Below are positions 51,564-63,186 of a stretch of 64,000 bases of DNA, piece by piece; within the stretch, counting starts at the first letter, position 1, and each line of letters starts with the position of its first letter. The stretch covers positions 928,001 through 992,000 of the forward strand of contig CAWGVS010000005.1 of NCBI GenBank assembly GCA_963826115.1. The letters are read 5' to 3'. The translations under genes and the position numbers were made by a program. The notes beneath the pieces are model-generated. The model saw nothing but the letters and a program-made list of their open reading frames with translations, was not told the DNA's origin and searched no databases. The stretch is from an uncultured Candidatus Rokubacteria bacterium (GTDB lineage Bacteria > Methylomirabilota > Methylomirabilia > Rokubacteriales > DASRDR01).

Positions 51564-52664
51564 TCAGCGGTAGAGCGCTTCCAGCTCCTGGATCACCCGG
51601 TCGGCCATCGCGGTCGTGCCGACCAGCGAGGTCCCGGGAGTGTGGATGTCCTTGGTCCGGTGCCCGGCTGCGAGCGTGCGCTCCACGGCCTGCTCCACGC
51701 GTTCCGCGTCGGTCGGGCGGCCGAGGGAGTAGCGCAGCAGCATCCCGACCGACAGGATCGCGGCCAGCGGGTTGGCGATCCCCCGACCCGCGATGTCGGG
51801 CGCCGTGCCGTGGATTGGCTCGTAGAGCCCCACCGGGCGCTCCCCTCGCGCCTCGCCGAGGCTCGCCGACGGCAGCATGCCCATCGAGCCCGCGATGATC
51901 GCCGCCTCGTCCGACAGGATGTCGCCGAACGTGTTCTCGGTCACGATCGTGTCGAACCGCCGCGGGTCGGCCACGAGTGCCATCGCGCAGTTGTCCACCA
52001 GCAGATGGTCGAGCTGGACGTCCGGGTATCCGCGCCCGACGTCCGTGACGATCTCGCGCCAGAGCTGCGACACCACCAGCACGTTCGACTTGTCGACCGA
52101 GGTCAGCTTGCGCCGCCGGCCGCGGGCGACCCGGAACGCGAGCTCCGCGATCCGCTGGATCTCCCGCGCGGTGTACACCATCGTGTTGACCCCGCGCCGG
52201 GCGTCCCCGCTGCCCTCGATGCCTCGCGGCTCGCCGAAGTAGAGGCCCCCGGTCAGCTCGCGGATCACGAGAAGGTCCGCGCCCTCGACGATCGAGCGCT
52301 TGAGCGGCGAGCTGTCCACCAGCATCGGGTAGAGGCGGGCGGGGCGCAGGTTCGCGTAAAGGTCCAGCTCCTTGCGGATGAGCAGGATGCCGCGCTCGGG
52401 TCGCTGCTCGGGGCGGAGGTGGTCCCACTTGGGCCCGCCCACCGCGCCGAACAGGATCGCGCTCGCGTCCCGGCAGATCCGGAGGGTCGCCGGCGGGAGC
52501 GGCGTCCCCTGGGCGTCGATCGCCGCGCCGCCGATCAGGCCCTCCTCGAGCTCGAGCTCGAGCCCGCTCTCCTTGGCCACCACGCCGAGCACCCGCGAGG
52601 CCTCGGCGGTGACCTCCACGCCGATGCCGTCGCCCGGCAGGACCGCGATCCGATGCGTCGTCAT
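51564..52664 (-). CDS. leuB: 3-isopropylmalate dehydrogenase
   Basis: LPGDGIG, NLRP, RELTGGLYFG, FGDILSD, YEPIHGTAPDIAG. Confidence 0.96.
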   Translation of the reverse strand: MTTHRIAVLPGDGIGVEVTAEASRVLGVVAKESGLELELEEGLIGGAAIDAQGTPLPPATLRICRDASAILFGAVGGPKWDHLRPEQRPERGILLIRKELDLYANLRPARLYPMLVDSSPLKRSIVEGADLLVIRELTGGLYFGEPRGIEGSGDARRGVNTMVYTAREIQRIAELAFRVARGRRRKLTSVDKSNVLVVSQLWREIVTDVGRGYPDVQLDHLLVDNCAMALVADPRRFDTIVTENTFGDILSDEAAIIAGSMGMLPSASLGEARGERPVGLYEPIHGTAPDIAGRGIANPLAAILSVGMLLRYSLGRPTDAERVEQAVERTLAAGHRTKDIHTPGTSLVGTTAMADRVIQELEALYR

Positions 52665-53477
52665 CTACGTTCCTTCCGGGCCCGGGCCCCGCACGGCCTC
52701 TCGCAGCACCATCGGGGGCGCCGGCTCGCGCTGCCGCAGCAGCAGCCAGCGCACGGGTCCCGAGGCGGCGTACGCGGAGAACAGCACGAACACCGCGACG
52801 TCGGGCTGCGCGAACACGATCAGGATGCCGAGCGCCACGACCAGCAGCACGCCGAAGGGGTGCCGCTTGGCGAAGTTCAGGTCCTTGAACGAGTAGTAGC
52901 GGATGTTGGAGATCATCAGGAACGCGATCACGTATGTGGCGCAGGCGATCGCGAAGAGCTCCGAGCGCCCGAAGTTCCGCTCGTCGAGGAACACGACGGT
53001 CGACGCGACCACCCCCGCCGCGCCGGGGATCGGCAGGCCGATGAAGTACCGCCGGTCGGTGACGCCCGTCAGGACGTTGAACCGCGCGAGCCGGAGCGCC
53101 CCGCAGATCACGTACAGGAACGCCGCGCCCGCGCCTACCCGCCCCAGCGGCTGGAGCGCCCACGAGTACAGAAGGAGGCCCGGGGCCACCCCGAACGACA
53201 CGACGTCGGCCAGGGAGTCGAACTCCACGCCGAACTGGGTGGTGGTGCGCGTGAGGCGCGCGACCTTCCCGTCCAGCATGTCGAGCACCATGCCGATGAA
53301 GAGCGCGAGCGCCGCCCACTGGTGCCGGCCGTCGAACGTCAGCACGATCGAGTAGAACCCGCAGAGCAGGTTCCCCGTCGTGAGGAGCCCCGGCAGGAGG
53401 AAGATCGTCTGGCGCCGGCGCTCCCGCAGCTCCGACCACCGTCGCCGGCGAAGCGCCGACGGCGGCCGCCGCCTCAC
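52665..53477 (-). CDS. pssA: CDP-diacylglycerol--serine O-phosphatidyltransferase
   Basis: DMLDGKVAR, FDSLADVVSFGVAP, ALRLARFN, FIGLPIP. Confidence 0.93.
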   Translation of the reverse strand: MRRRPPSALRRRRWSELRERRRQTIFLLPGLLTTGNLLCGFYSIVLTFDGRHQWAALALFIGMVLDMLDGKVARLTRTTTQFGVEFDSLADVVSFGVAPGLLLYSWALQPLGRVGAGAAFLYVICGALRLARFNVLTGVTDRRYFIGLPIPGAAGVVASTVVFLDERNFGRSELFAIACATYVIAFLMISNIRYYSFKDLNFAKRHPFGVLLVVALGILIVFAQPDVAVFVLFSAYAASGPVRWLLLRQREPAPPMVLREAVRGPGPEGT

Positions 53478-54112
53478 GGCAGCACTCCCATGACGGTCTC
53501 GCCCCCGCGCACCCGGTCGCCGACCTTGACGGAGAGGCGAGCGGAGGCGGGAACGATGAGGTCCGTGCGCGAGCCGAACTTGATGAGGCCGAACCGCTCC
53601 CCCGAACCGAGCTTGTCCCCGGGCCGGACCCGGCAGACGATCCGGCGAGCGAGCACCCCCGCGATCTGGCGCACGACGACACGGGCGGACTCGCCCTGGA
53701 TCGAGATCGTCGTGCGCTCGTTCCGCTCGGAGGCCTCCGCCCGGTAGGCGGCCATCTTCTCCCCCGGACGGTGCTCCACGCCGACCACGAGACCCGCCAG
53801 GGGCGACCGGTTCACGTGGACGTCGAGCGGCGACAGGAAGATCGACACCGCCTGGGCCGGCCCGACGAACGGATCGTCGAGCGAGGCCCGGACGTCCGTC
53901 ACTCGGCCGTCCGCGGGCGCCAGGATCACGCCCGGCCCGCCTGGCGCGGTGCGCTCCGGGTCACGGAAGAAGAACGCCATGAAGACGGTGACCACGCCCA
54001 AAACGACCGCCGCCTTCATCCATCCGGCCCACGCCAGGAGGAGCGCCAGCGCCAGCGGGACGAGGATGAACGCCCACCCCTCCGCGGCGATCGGCAGCAT
54101 CCGTTCCGACAT
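53474..54112 (-). CDS. psd: Phosphatidylserine decarboxylase
   Basis: FFRDPER, APADG, IFLSPLDVHVNR, KFGSRTD. Confidence 0.93.
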   Translation of the reverse strand: MSERMLPIAAEGWAFILVPLALALLLAWAGWMKAAVVLGVVTVFMAFFFRDPERTAPGGPGVILAPADGRVTDVRASLDDPFVGPAQAVSIFLSPLDVHVNRSPLAGLVVGVEHRPGEKMAAYRAEASERNERTTISIQGESARVVVRQIAGVLARRIVCRVRPGDKLGSGERFGLIKFGSRTDLIVPASARLSVKVGDRVRGGETVMGVLP

Positions 54113-54124
54113 CCGCGACAGCCG

Positions 54125-55132
<1,008 letters not shown>

Positions 55133-55164
55133 CCCTCTGGTCTCCTCGGACGCATCCCGTCCGG

Positions 55165-55773
55165 CTAGTCGGCGAACCCGGTCACGCGCGGGTCCTGGCT
55201 GGGCTCGCTGTCGCGGCGGCGCCGCTGGGCGTCGGCGGCCTTGCCGAGCGGCTCTTCCGCCCGCCGGCGCGCGGTCTTCGAGCCTCGCGCGATGGCCACC
55301 TTGCCCGTGCGAACCAGCTCCTGGATCCCCATGGGCCTCAGGAGCTCGATGATGGCGGTGAGCTTGGACTCTTCTCCGGTGGCCTCGAGCGTGTACGTGG
55401 TGGGCGTCACGTCCACCACCTTCGCCCGGAAGATGTCGGCCACCCGGAGGATCTCGGCCCGATGCTGGGCCTCGGCGTTCACGCGCACCAGCACGAGCTC
55501 GCGCTCGACGTGGTTCTCCTGCGTGAGGTCGGTCACCTTGATGACGTCGATCAGCTTGTGCAGCTGCTTCACGACCTGCTCGAGCACGAACTCGTCACCC
55601 CGCACCACGAGCGTCATGCGGGAGACGGTCGGGTCCAGGGTCTCTCCGACGGACAGGGACTCGATGTTGTAGCCCCGCGCGCTGAAGAGGCCGGCCACCC
55701 GGGACAGGACGCCGAACTTGTTCTCGACGAGGACCGCGATCGTGTGCTTCCGGATGCCGTGGCCGTTCTGCAC
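55165..55773 (-). CDS. ilvN: Acetolactate synthase small subunit
   Basis: [39 protein letters not shown]. Confidence 0.96.
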   Translation of the reverse strand: MQNGHGIRKHTIAVLVENKFGVLSRVAGLFSARGYNIESLSVGETLDPTVSRMTLVVRGDEFVLEQVVKQLHKLIDVIKVTDLTQENHVERELVLVRVNAEAQHRAEILRVADIFRAKVVDVTPTTYTLEATGEESKLTAIIELLRPMGIQELVRTGKVAIARGSKTARRRAEEPLGKAADAQRRRRDSEPSQDPRVTGFAD

Positions 55774-55782
55774 CGCGGCCTC

Positions 55783-57561
55783 CTAGAAGCCCGTCTGGGA
55801 CTTGGCGGCCTTCGCCTTGACGTCCTTGTTGGGGCGCTCGAGGAGCATGTCCTTGTTCGCCCCGCCTGCCGGCACCATCGGGAAGCAGAACTCGTTCTTG
55901 TCGACCATCACGTCGACCAGGACGGGCCCGGGGATCGCGAACGCCTTCTCCAGCGCCGGCACCACCTCGTTCGGCTTCGACGCGCGGATGCCGACCGCCC
56001 CGTACGCCTCGGCCAGCTTGACGAAGTCGGGGCTCGCCGACAGGTCGATCGAGTGGAACCGGCCGCCGTAGATGATGTCCTGCCACTGGCGGACCATCCC
56101 GTGGCCGCCGTTGTTGATCACCACCGTCTTGATCGGGAGCTGGTTCTCGACGATCGTCGCGAGCTCCTGGGAGCTCATCACGAAGCTCCCGTCGCCGTCG
56201 ACGAGCACCACGAGCCGGTCCGGCCGTCCCACCTGAGCGCCGATGGCCGCCGGGAGCCCGTAGCCCATCGTCCCGAGCCCGCCAGAGGTCAGCCAGTGCC
56301 TCGGGTGGCGGAAGCGATAGTGCTGGGCCGCCCACATCTGGTGCTGCCCCACCCCGGTGACGATGATCGCCTCGCCCTTGGTGAGGTTGGAGATCTCCTC
56401 CACGACGTACTGGGGCTTGATCAGCTCGTCGTCCCAGTCGTAGCGGAACGGGTGCTTCTGGAGCCACTGGCCAAGCTGCCGAAGCCACTGCTCGCGCGCG
56501 TCCCGGACCGCGGCCCCGGCGGGGCCGGCGCTCTCCTGGCGGACGGCCTCGACCAGCTGGGCCAGCACCCTTCGGGCGTCGCCCACGATCGGCACGTGCA
56601 CCTTGATGTTCTTGGAGATCGAGGACGGGTCGACGTCGATGTGGATGATCTCCGCCTGCGGCGCGAACTGGTCGACCTTCCCGGTCACGCGGTCGTCGAA
56701 CCGGGCCCCCACGGCGATCAGGCAGTCCGCGTTGTAGACGGCCATGTTCGGCGCGTAGCCGCCGTGCATGCCGAGCATGCCGAGCGACAGCGGGTGGTCC
56801 GACGGGAACGCGCCCAGCCCCATGAGCGTGGTCGTCACGGGGATCCGCGTCATCTCGGCGAGCTCCCGGAGCTCTTTGGACGCGTCCGCCCCGATGACCC
56901 CGCCGCCGACGTACAGGACCGCGCGGCGCGCGCGCATCATCGCCTTCGCCGCCTTCTTCACTTGGCCCGGGTGCCCCTCGAACGTCGGGTTGTACGACCG
57001 GAGGTGGACTTTATCCGGGTACTCGAAGTCGGCCTGCTTCATCAGGACGTCCTTCGGCAGGTCGACGTGCACGGGACCGGGGCGGCCGGTGGCCGCGATG
57101 TGGAACGCCTCGCGGATCACCGGCGCGATGTCCTTGATGTCCTTCACGAGGTAGTTGTGCTTGGTGCACGGGCGCGTGATGCCGACGTTGTCGGCCTCCT
57201 GGAAGGCGTCGTTGCCGATGAGGTGCGTCGGCACCTGCCCCGTGAAGGCGACGATGGGCATCGAGTCCATGTACGCGTCCTGGAGGGCCGTGACCAGGTT
57301 GGTCGCCGCCGGACCGGACGTCACCATGCACACGCCCACCTTGCCGGTCACGCGGGCGTAGGCCTCGGCGGCATGGCCCGCCGCGGCCTCCTGACGGACC
57401 AGCACGTGGCGGAGGGGCCCCGGGAAGTCGTACAGGGCATCGTAGAGGGGAAGGACCGCCCCGCCGGGCAGCCCGAACACGACGTCCACACCCTCACGCT
57501 GAAGCGATTCCAGGACGATGCGCGCGCCTGACATCTTCATGGCCGGTCTCCTACTCTCCAT
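55783..57561 (-). CDS. ilvB: Acetolactate synthase large subunit
   Basis: FGLPGGA, TSGPAATN, GRPGPV.VDLPKD, GQHQMW, GDGSF, GMVRQWQ; start may be 57540. Confidence 0.96.
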   Translation of the reverse strand: MESRRPAMKMSGARIVLESLQREGVDVVFGLPGGAVLPLYDALYDFPGPLRHVLVRQEAAAGHAAEAYARVTGKVGVCMVTSGPAATNLVTALQDAYMDSMPIVAFTGQVPTHLIGNDAFQEADNVGITRPCTKHNYLVKDIKDIAPVIREAFHIAATGRPGPVHVDLPKDVLMKQADFEYPDKVHLRSYNPTFEGHPGQVKKAAKAMMRARRAVLYVGGGVIGADASKELRELAEMTRIPVTTTLMGLGAFPSDHPLSLGMLGMHGGYAPNMAVYNADCLIAVGARFDDRVTGKVDQFAPQAEIIHIDVDPSSISKNIKVHVPIVGDARRVLAQLVEAVRQESAGPAGAAVRDAREQWLRQLGQWLQKHPFRYDWDDELIKPQYVVEEISNLTKGEAIIVTGVGQHQMWAAQHYRFRHPRHWLTSGGLGTMGYGLPAAIGAQVGRPDRLVVLVDGDGSFVMSSQELATIVENQLPIKTVVINNGGHGMVRQWQDIIYGGRFHSIDLSASPDFVKLAEAYGAVGIRASKPNEVVPALEKAFAIPGPVLVDVMVDKNEFCFPMVPAGGANKDMLLERPNKDVKAKAAKSQTGF

Positions 57562-57677
57562 GCGGCGTTACCCAACCCCTCGCCGTCGTGCTCGTCGGTT
57601 CCCGTGCCGCCGTCCGTGAAGTATCGGGCGGCGGTCGGCCTCCGCGTGGCGTCGCCGGCAGGTCGCAAAGTCTGATC

Positions 57678-57707
57678 AGGATAGCACCTAAACCCTGATC
57701 GGGTCAA
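57678..57707 (-). promoter_or_regulatory. sigma70 promoter of the ilvB operon
   Basis: TTGACC-N18-TATCCT. Confidence 0.55.
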
Positions 57708-57747
57708 TCCGAAACGGGCTTGATGGGAAACGCGGGAGACCGGGCGG

Positions 57748-58512
57748 TCAGCGAGAGGGCCGGCGGGGGCGCCGCTCGGGGGGCGCGTCGGCGCGCCCCA
57801 CGACCAGGCGCTCGACGCCGACCAGGTGCGCCAGCATCGCCTGCTCGGCCTTGCGCGGGTCGCCGGACTCGACGGCCGTCAGGATGTGGCGGTGGTCGCC
57901 GTGCGAGCGCACGGGTCGGCCTGGCTGGGACAGGGACTCCTCCCGGCTCTGGGCGAGGAGGTCCATGAGGGTGGTGACGATCCGGGTGATCGCCCGGTTG
58001 TGGGTCGAGTGGGCAAGCGCGGTGTGGAACGCCGCGTCCTGGGTGAGTCCGGTCCGTCCCGCGGCGACCTCGGCCCCCTGCTGCTCGAGGATGCGGGCCA
58101 TGTCGGCCACCTCCTCGGAGCTCGCCCGGCGCGCGGCCAGGGCGGCGATGGGCGGTTCGAGGAGCCGGCGCGCCTCGTAGAGGTCGGCGATCGTCTCGCG
58201 CTGCGCGAGGATCACGAGGGCGAGCGGCTCGACCAGGGACTCCACCGAGACCTCCCGGACGAACGCGCCCTCCCCGGGGCGGATCCCGATGAGGCCACGG
58301 CTCTCGAGGGCCCGCATCGCTTCCCGCACCGAGGTCCGGCTGACCCGGAACCGCTCCGCCAGGTCGCGCTCCGGCGGGAGCCGGTCCCCGGACTTCAGGT
58401 GCCCGTCCGCGATCAGGAGACGGATCTGGCGGACGATCTCCTCGTAGATGCGGGTGCTTCGGACGGGCTCGAGGCTGGGCCAGTCGACGTCGGAGCTGCG
58501 ACGGCGCGCCAC
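57748..58512 (-). CDS. FadR/GntR family transcriptional regulator
   Basis: GDRLPPERDLAERFRVSRTSVREA HTH; FCD domain (DAAFH, THN). Confidence 0.93.
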   Translation of the reverse strand: MARRRSSDVDWPSLEPVRSTRIYEEIVRQIRLLIADGHLKSGDRLPPERDLAERFRVSRTSVREAMRALESRGLIGIRPGEGAFVREVSVESLVEPLALVILAQRETIADLYEARRLLEPPIAALAARRASSEEVADMARILEQQGAEVAAGRTGLTQDAAFHTALAHSTHNRAITRIVTTLMDLLAQSREESLSQPGRPVRSHGDHRHILTAVESGDPRKAEQAMLAHLVGVERLVVGRADAPPERRPRRPSR

Positions 58513-58528
58513 GATTCGGCCTCCCCGA

Positions 58529-59260
58529 TCAGCGGCTGGTTCCGGCGCGGACGGCGACCGCCGCTCGGCCGCGGCGCCGGGCCCACGCGCGCCCGACGAC
58601 GATGACGAGGATGGCCAGGGCCCCCTGGCACCCGCGCGTCACGACCGCGTTCGGATGGCCGCCGAGCCATCCCTGCACCATGCGGTCTCCGAGGATCATC
58701 TCGGCGGCCACCCAGCCGAGGATCGCGGCGCCGACGTCCACGATCCACCAGAAGCGCGCCATGAGACGCGCGAGCAGCCCGCTCCCCCAGATGACCAGCG
58801 GGATGGAGAGCCCCACGCCGAAGATGACCAGGACCATGTCCCCGTGCGCCGCACCGGAGATGGCGAGCACGTTGTCGAGGCTCATGATCACGTCGGCCAG
58901 CACGATGATCCAGATGGCCTCGAGGAGCGTGGTGCCGGACCGGACCGACTGGTGCTCCTCCGACTCGCCGTGGCCTTCCTGCGACAGCAGCTTCACCGCG
59001 ATCCAGACGAGGACCAGCCCTCCCACCGCCTGGAGGAGCGGGATCCGGAGGAGCACGCTGATGATCGCGATGAAGACGATGCGGAGCCCGACCGCGCCGA
59101 CCGTTCCCCACAGACGCCCCTGCCACTGCTGGTGCTTCGGGAGCTTCCGGACCGCCAGCGCGATCACGAGGGCGTTGTCGCCGGCGAGCGTGAGGTCGAG
59201 GATCACGATCTGGATCCAGCGGAACCAGAACTCGGTGGTGAGAAGCTCCGCCCAGTTCAC
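58529..59260 (-). CDS. TerC/YjbE family membrane protein
   Basis: DLTLAGDNALVIALA, ADVIMSLDNVLA. Confidence 0.9.
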   Translation of the reverse strand: MNWAELLTTEFWFRWIQIVILDLTLAGDNALVIALAVRKLPKHQQWQGRLWGTVGAVGLRIVFIAIISVLLRIPLLQAVGGLVLVWIAVKLLSQEGHGESEEHQSVRSGTTLLEAIWIIVLADVIMSLDNVLAISGAAHGDMVLVIFGVGLSIPLVIWGSGLLARLMARFWWIVDVGAAILGWVAAEMILGDRMVQGWLGGHPNAVVTRGCQGALAILVIVVGRAWARRRGRAAVAVRAGTSR

Positions 59261-60069
59261 CGGACAGGCCTCCGGAACACGCGGATCTCGTCCGACAGCC
59301 CCGCCACGCCCGGCACCTCGCGCGAGATGGCCAAGGCGGCCGCCCGTTCCCCTTCCGACGCCACGATGCCCACCAGCCGCACCTGTCCTTCCGTCGCGTG
59401 CACGTCGAGGTCCACCTGGGCCGTCAGCGGCGTCGCCTTCATGGTCGCGCGGACGCGCGCGGCAAGCGTGCGGTCGGCCAGCGCCTGCCGCGACGCCGTC
59501 GTGGCCCGGAACTCTGCCGCGTCGACCAGGTCCAGGACCTGTCGGACGGCCGTCGCCACACCGACGGTCTCCGTGTTGACGACGAGATCGTACAGGAGGG
59601 GGTCCGTCCAGTCGACATCGAACATCTGCCGCATGCGCGCCCGCACGCCGTCGTCGTACGCGGCGATGCGGCGCGCGGCCTCGTCGGCGTCGATGCCGTG
59701 GCGCTCCATCACCCGGCGCGCCCGCACGGCCGGCGGCGCGCAGACACGCACCCGCACCGCGTGCTGGATGCCGCGCAGGAACAAGGTCGACCAGCGGCCG
59801 ACCAGGACGACGCGATCCACCAGTGCCGCCTCGAGCACCGCCGCCTCGAGGTAGGCCCGGTACCGGAGCCGCGGCCGCCGGAAGCGCTCGACGAATCCCG
59901 GCGCCTCCTCGACCATCCCCACGAGGCGGGACTCCCGCACCCGGTACTCCCGCGCCGCGTCCCGCAGGATGTCGTTCCGCAGGAACTCGTAGCCGAGCCG
60001 CCGGGCCACCTCCTGGGCGATGGGCGAGCCGAGGCTCCCCATCTCCCGCGTCATCGCGACCACCGGCAT
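59257..60069 (-). CDS. Cytidylate-kinase-like protein with C-terminal BON domain
   Basis: VAMTREMGSLG, VLVGR, YDLVVNT; BON-like tail (LDVHATEGQVRLVG...VPGV..L.DEI). Confidence 0.82.
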   Translation of the reverse strand: MPVVAMTREMGSLGSPIAQEVARRLGYEFLRNDILRDAAREYRVRESRLVGMVEEAPGFVERFRRPRLRYRAYLEAAVLEAALVDRVVLVGRWSTLFLRGIQHAVRVRVCAPPAVRARRVMERHGIDADEAARRIAAYDDGVRARMRQMFDVDWTDPLLYDLVVNTETVGVATAVRQVLDLVDAAEFRATTASRQALADRTLAARVRATMKATPLTAQVDLDVHATEGQVRLVGIVASEGERAAALAISREVPGVAGLSDEIRVFRRPVR

Positions 60070-60081
60070 GGCGGGCGTCCC

Positions 60082-61596
60082 TCAGCCGCGAGTGGCCTCG
60101 GACGGGCGGAGCCGAGGACGCCGCATCAGGGGACCGATGACGGGCAGGAGGAACAGCACGAGGGCCGCCAGGGTGATGGCCCCCGCGATCGGGCGGGTCG
60201 CGAAGATGAGCACCGACCCTTGGGACATGATGAGGCTCTGCCGGAGCGCGTTCTCGGCCAGGTCCCCCAGCACGAGCGCGAGCACGAGGGGCGCCAGCGG
60301 GTAGTCGAGCTTCTTGAACACGTACCCGAGAACGCCGAACCCGAGCATGTACCAGATGTCGAGCATGCTGTTGCTGACGGTGTACGCGCCGATCGCGCAG
60401 ACGAAGACGATCAGGGGCACGAGGACCGCGAACGGGATGCGGAGGATGGCGGCAAACGCCGGCACGAAGAAGAGGACCATCACGACGCCGATGACGTTGC
60501 CCGTGTACATGCTGGCGATCAGGCCCCACACGAACTCGGGCTTCTCCACGAAGAGCATCGGACCGGGCTGGAGGCCCCAGATCAGGAGGCCTCCCAGCAT
60601 GACCGCCGCGGTCGGGGACCCCGGAATGCCGAGGGTGATCATGGGCAGCATCGCCGCGACCCCCGCCGCGTGCGCGGCGGTCTCGGGAGCGACCACGCCC
60701 TCCAGGACCCCCGTGCCGAACTTCTCGGGGTGACGCGAGAACCGGCGCGCGAAGCCGTAGCTCATGAACGAGGCCGGAGTGGCGCCCCCTGGCTTGAACC
60801 CCATCCAGAAGCCGATCATCGCGCTGCGGATGAACGTCCGCCAGTAGCCGGCCAGCTCCCGCCACGTCGCCAGGATGTCCCGAAAGCGCACCCGCGGCGT
60901 GACGCCCCGGAAGTGGAGCCCTTCCTCCACGGTGAGGAAGATCTCGCCGAGGCCGAACAGTCCGATGACGGCCACGATGAACGAGACCCCGCGCATGAGC
61001 TCGACCGAGCCGAACGTCAGCCGGAGGCTGCCGGTGACCACGTCGAGACCGATCGCGCCCAGGATGAAGCCGAGGACGATGGACGCGAATGACTTGATCG
61101 GGCTGCCCCCGCCGAGCCCAATGAAGCTCGAGAAGGTCAGGAGCTGGATGGCGAAGAACTCGGGGGGACCGAACTTCAGCGCGATCTCGGCCAGCGGCTG
61201 GGCGAAGAATGACACGAGCAGGATGGCGAACAGCGCCCCGATGAACGACGAGGTGAAGGCGGCGGTGAGCGCCTGCGCCCCTTTCCCCTGCTTCGCCATC
61301 GGGTAGCCGTCCAGCGTCGTGGCGACGGACCACGGCTCGCCGGGGATGTTGAAGAGGATCGACGTGATGGCTCCGCCGAAGAGCGCCCCCCAGTAGATGG
61401 ACGTCAGCAGGATGATCGCCGACGTCGGCGGCATGGTGAACGTGAGGGGCAGGAGGATCGCCACCCCGTTCGCGCCTCCCAGCCCCGGGAGCACGCCGAT
61501 GATGGTCCCCAGCACGATCCCGATCACCGCCATGACGAGGTTGAACGGCGTGACGGCGATCTGGAAGCCGAGGAGGAGGTGCTCGATCCCGCTCAT
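60082..61596 (-). CDS. tctA: Tripartite tricarboxylate transporter large subunit
   Basis: IGVLPGLG, ILFNIPGEP, DGYPMAKQG, APETAA, LGIPGS. Confidence 0.95.
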   Translation of the reverse strand: MSGIEHLLLGFQIAVTPFNLVMAVIGIVLGTIIGVLPGLGGANGVAILLPLTFTMPPTSAIILLTSIYWGALFGGAITSILFNIPGEPWSVATTLDGYPMAKQGKGAQALTAAFTSSFIGALFAILLVSFFAQPLAEIALKFGPPEFFAIQLLTFSSFIGLGGGSPIKSFASIVLGFILGAIGLDVVTGSLRLTFGSVELMRGVSFIVAVIGLFGLGEIFLTVEEGLHFRGVTPRVRFRDILATWRELAGYWRTFIRSAMIGFWMGFKPGGATPASFMSYGFARRFSRHPEKFGTGVLEGVVAPETAAHAAGVAAMLPMITLGIPGSPTAAVMLGGLLIWGLQPGPMLFVEKPEFVWGLIASMYTGNVIGVVMVLFFVPAFAAILRIPFAVLVPLIVFVCAIGAYTVSNSMLDIWYMLGFGVLGYVFKKLDYPLAPLVLALVLGDLAENALRQSLIMSQGSVLIFATRPIAGAITLAALVLFLLPVIGPLMRRPRLRPSEATRG

Positions 61597-61603
61597 CGCC
61601 CCC

Positions 61604-62068
61604 TCAGTACCCGAGCCGCGTCTCGAGCGGCCCCTTCGGCAACGGGACCAGGAACCACACCTCGAAGATCAGGAAGGTCACCACCGGGATCCCGATCGCG
61701 ACCAGCAGGGTCGTGATCCACCGGTGCCGGCCGATCCATCGCATGTAGCTGGCGAGGTAGAGCGCGCCGCTCACGTACAGCCCGAGGACGTGGGTGAGGA
61801 TCACCATGCCCACGGCGGGAAAGAAGACCGTGGCCACCGAGCGCATCTGCGGGCCGGTCACGAACCGCGCGGTCGGCGAGCCGCGCCGGACCGCTCCGAC
61901 CACCACGATGGCCGCGGAGGCGAGGAGGGCCGCGCCCAGGTAGAAGACGAAGAATCCGGGGCGCGGCCCGTCGGTGCTCCAGCGGATGCCGAGCCCGAGG
62001 CCCTCGACCATCACGACGGCCGCGACGACCGCCAGGACCACGCCGCAGACGATGTCAGCCGTGCGCAC
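61604..62068 (-). CDS. tctB: Tripartite tricarboxylate transporter small subunit
   Basis: GPRPGFF, four TM helices, FEVWFLVPLPKG. Confidence 0.9.
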   Translation of the reverse strand: MRTADIVCGVVLAVVAAVVMVEGLGLGIRWSTDGPRPGFFVFYLGAALLASAAIVVVGAVRRGSPTARFVTGPQMRSVATVFFPAVGMVILTHVLGLYVSGALYLASYMRWIGRHRWITTLLVAIGIPVVTFLIFEVWFLVPLPKGPLETRLGY

Positions 62069-62140
62069 GCGGCATCTCTCCTTGAGGGTCGTCAGGATCG
62101 CGGCGCCCCGCCGCGGGGACGAGGCGCCGCTTCGGTGCGA

Positions 62141-63142
62141 CTACTTGAGGAGACCTCCCTTGCCCATGAGGTCCTTGTGCAGGGCCTCCGCGCCTTCCAG
62201 CCACTTCACCAGCTCCGGCCCGGTCTGCCACGCGGGGTTGAGCGCGCCCTGCGCCAGGTACTCCTTGAACTCCGGGGTCCCGTAGACCTTCTGCAGCATG
62301 CCCTGGTAGAACGCGACGGCGTCCGCCGGCATGCTGGGCGCTCCGAAGATCCCCCGGAGCATGAGGTAGCTGATGTCCGCGCCGAGCGCTTCCTTGATCG
62401 TCGGGATGTCACCCCAGCCGGGCGCGGCCAGGCGCTTGGTGTCGAAGACGGCGAGCGGGCGCACGCGTCCGGCCTTGAGGTGGCCGGCGCACTCGATCGG
62501 GTTGTTCACGGTCGAGTCCACGTGGTTGCCCACGAGGTTCACGCACACCTCGCCTCCGCCCTTGAAGGGCACGTAGATGAACTTCACGCCGAGCGCCTGC
62601 TCGAGCAGGATCGTGATGATCTGGTCTTCCTGGGCGGCCCCGGTCCCGCCCATCTTCATCCTGCCGTCGCCGCCCGAGACCTCCTTGGCCGCCGCGATGT
62701 AGTCCTTGGCGATCTTGAAGTCCTTCTTGTCGGGCCGATCCGTGTTGACCCACAGGATGAACTCGTCGAGCGCGAGCCGCGCGACGGGCGTCAGATCCTT
62801 CCAGTTGAAGGGCACGCCGGTGTGGAGCGGCGTCGTGAAGAGGTTCGACAGCGTGATGATGATCGTGTGGGCGTCGCCCGACTTCGCCTTGACGTACGTG
62901 AAGCCCTCGGCGCCCGCGCCGCCGGCCTTGTTCACGACGACCAGGGGCCGGGGCGACAGCTTGTACTTGTCCACCAGGGGCGCGATCAGGCGCGCCATCT
63001 GGTCCGCGCCGCCACCCGTCCCCGCGGGGACGATGAACTCGACCGGCTTGGTCGGCTCCCACGCCTCCGCGGGCGCGACGCCACCCCCGACCAGAGCGAG
63101 TCCTAGGAGAGCCGCGGCGGCTGCCATCAGTCGCTGAACCAT
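62141..63142 (-). CDS. tctC: Tripartite tricarboxylate transporter substrate-binding protein
   Basis: Signal peptide, EPTKPVEFIVPAGTGGGAD, VNKAGGAG, YVPFKGGG. Confidence 0.93.
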   Translation of the reverse strand: MVQRLMAAAAALLGLALVGGGVAPAEAWEPTKPVEFIVPAGTGGGADQMARLIAPLVDKYKLSPRPLVVVNKAGGAGAEGFTYVKAKSGDAHTIIITLSNLFTTPLHTGVPFNWKDLTPVARLALDEFILWVNTDRPDKKDFKIAKDYIAAAKEVSGGDGRMKMGGTGAAQEDQIITILLEQALGVKFIYVPFKGGGEVCVNLVGNHVDSTVNNPIECAGHLKAGRVRPLAVFDTKRLAAPGWGDIPTIKEALGADISYLMLRGIFGAPSMPADAVAFYQGMLQKVYGTPEFKEYLAQGALNPAWQTGPELVKWLEGAEALHKDLMGKGGLLK

Positions 63143-63186
63143 GGAGCCTCCTTCGTTCGAGCGTTGGGACGCTTGGCCGGGCCCGG

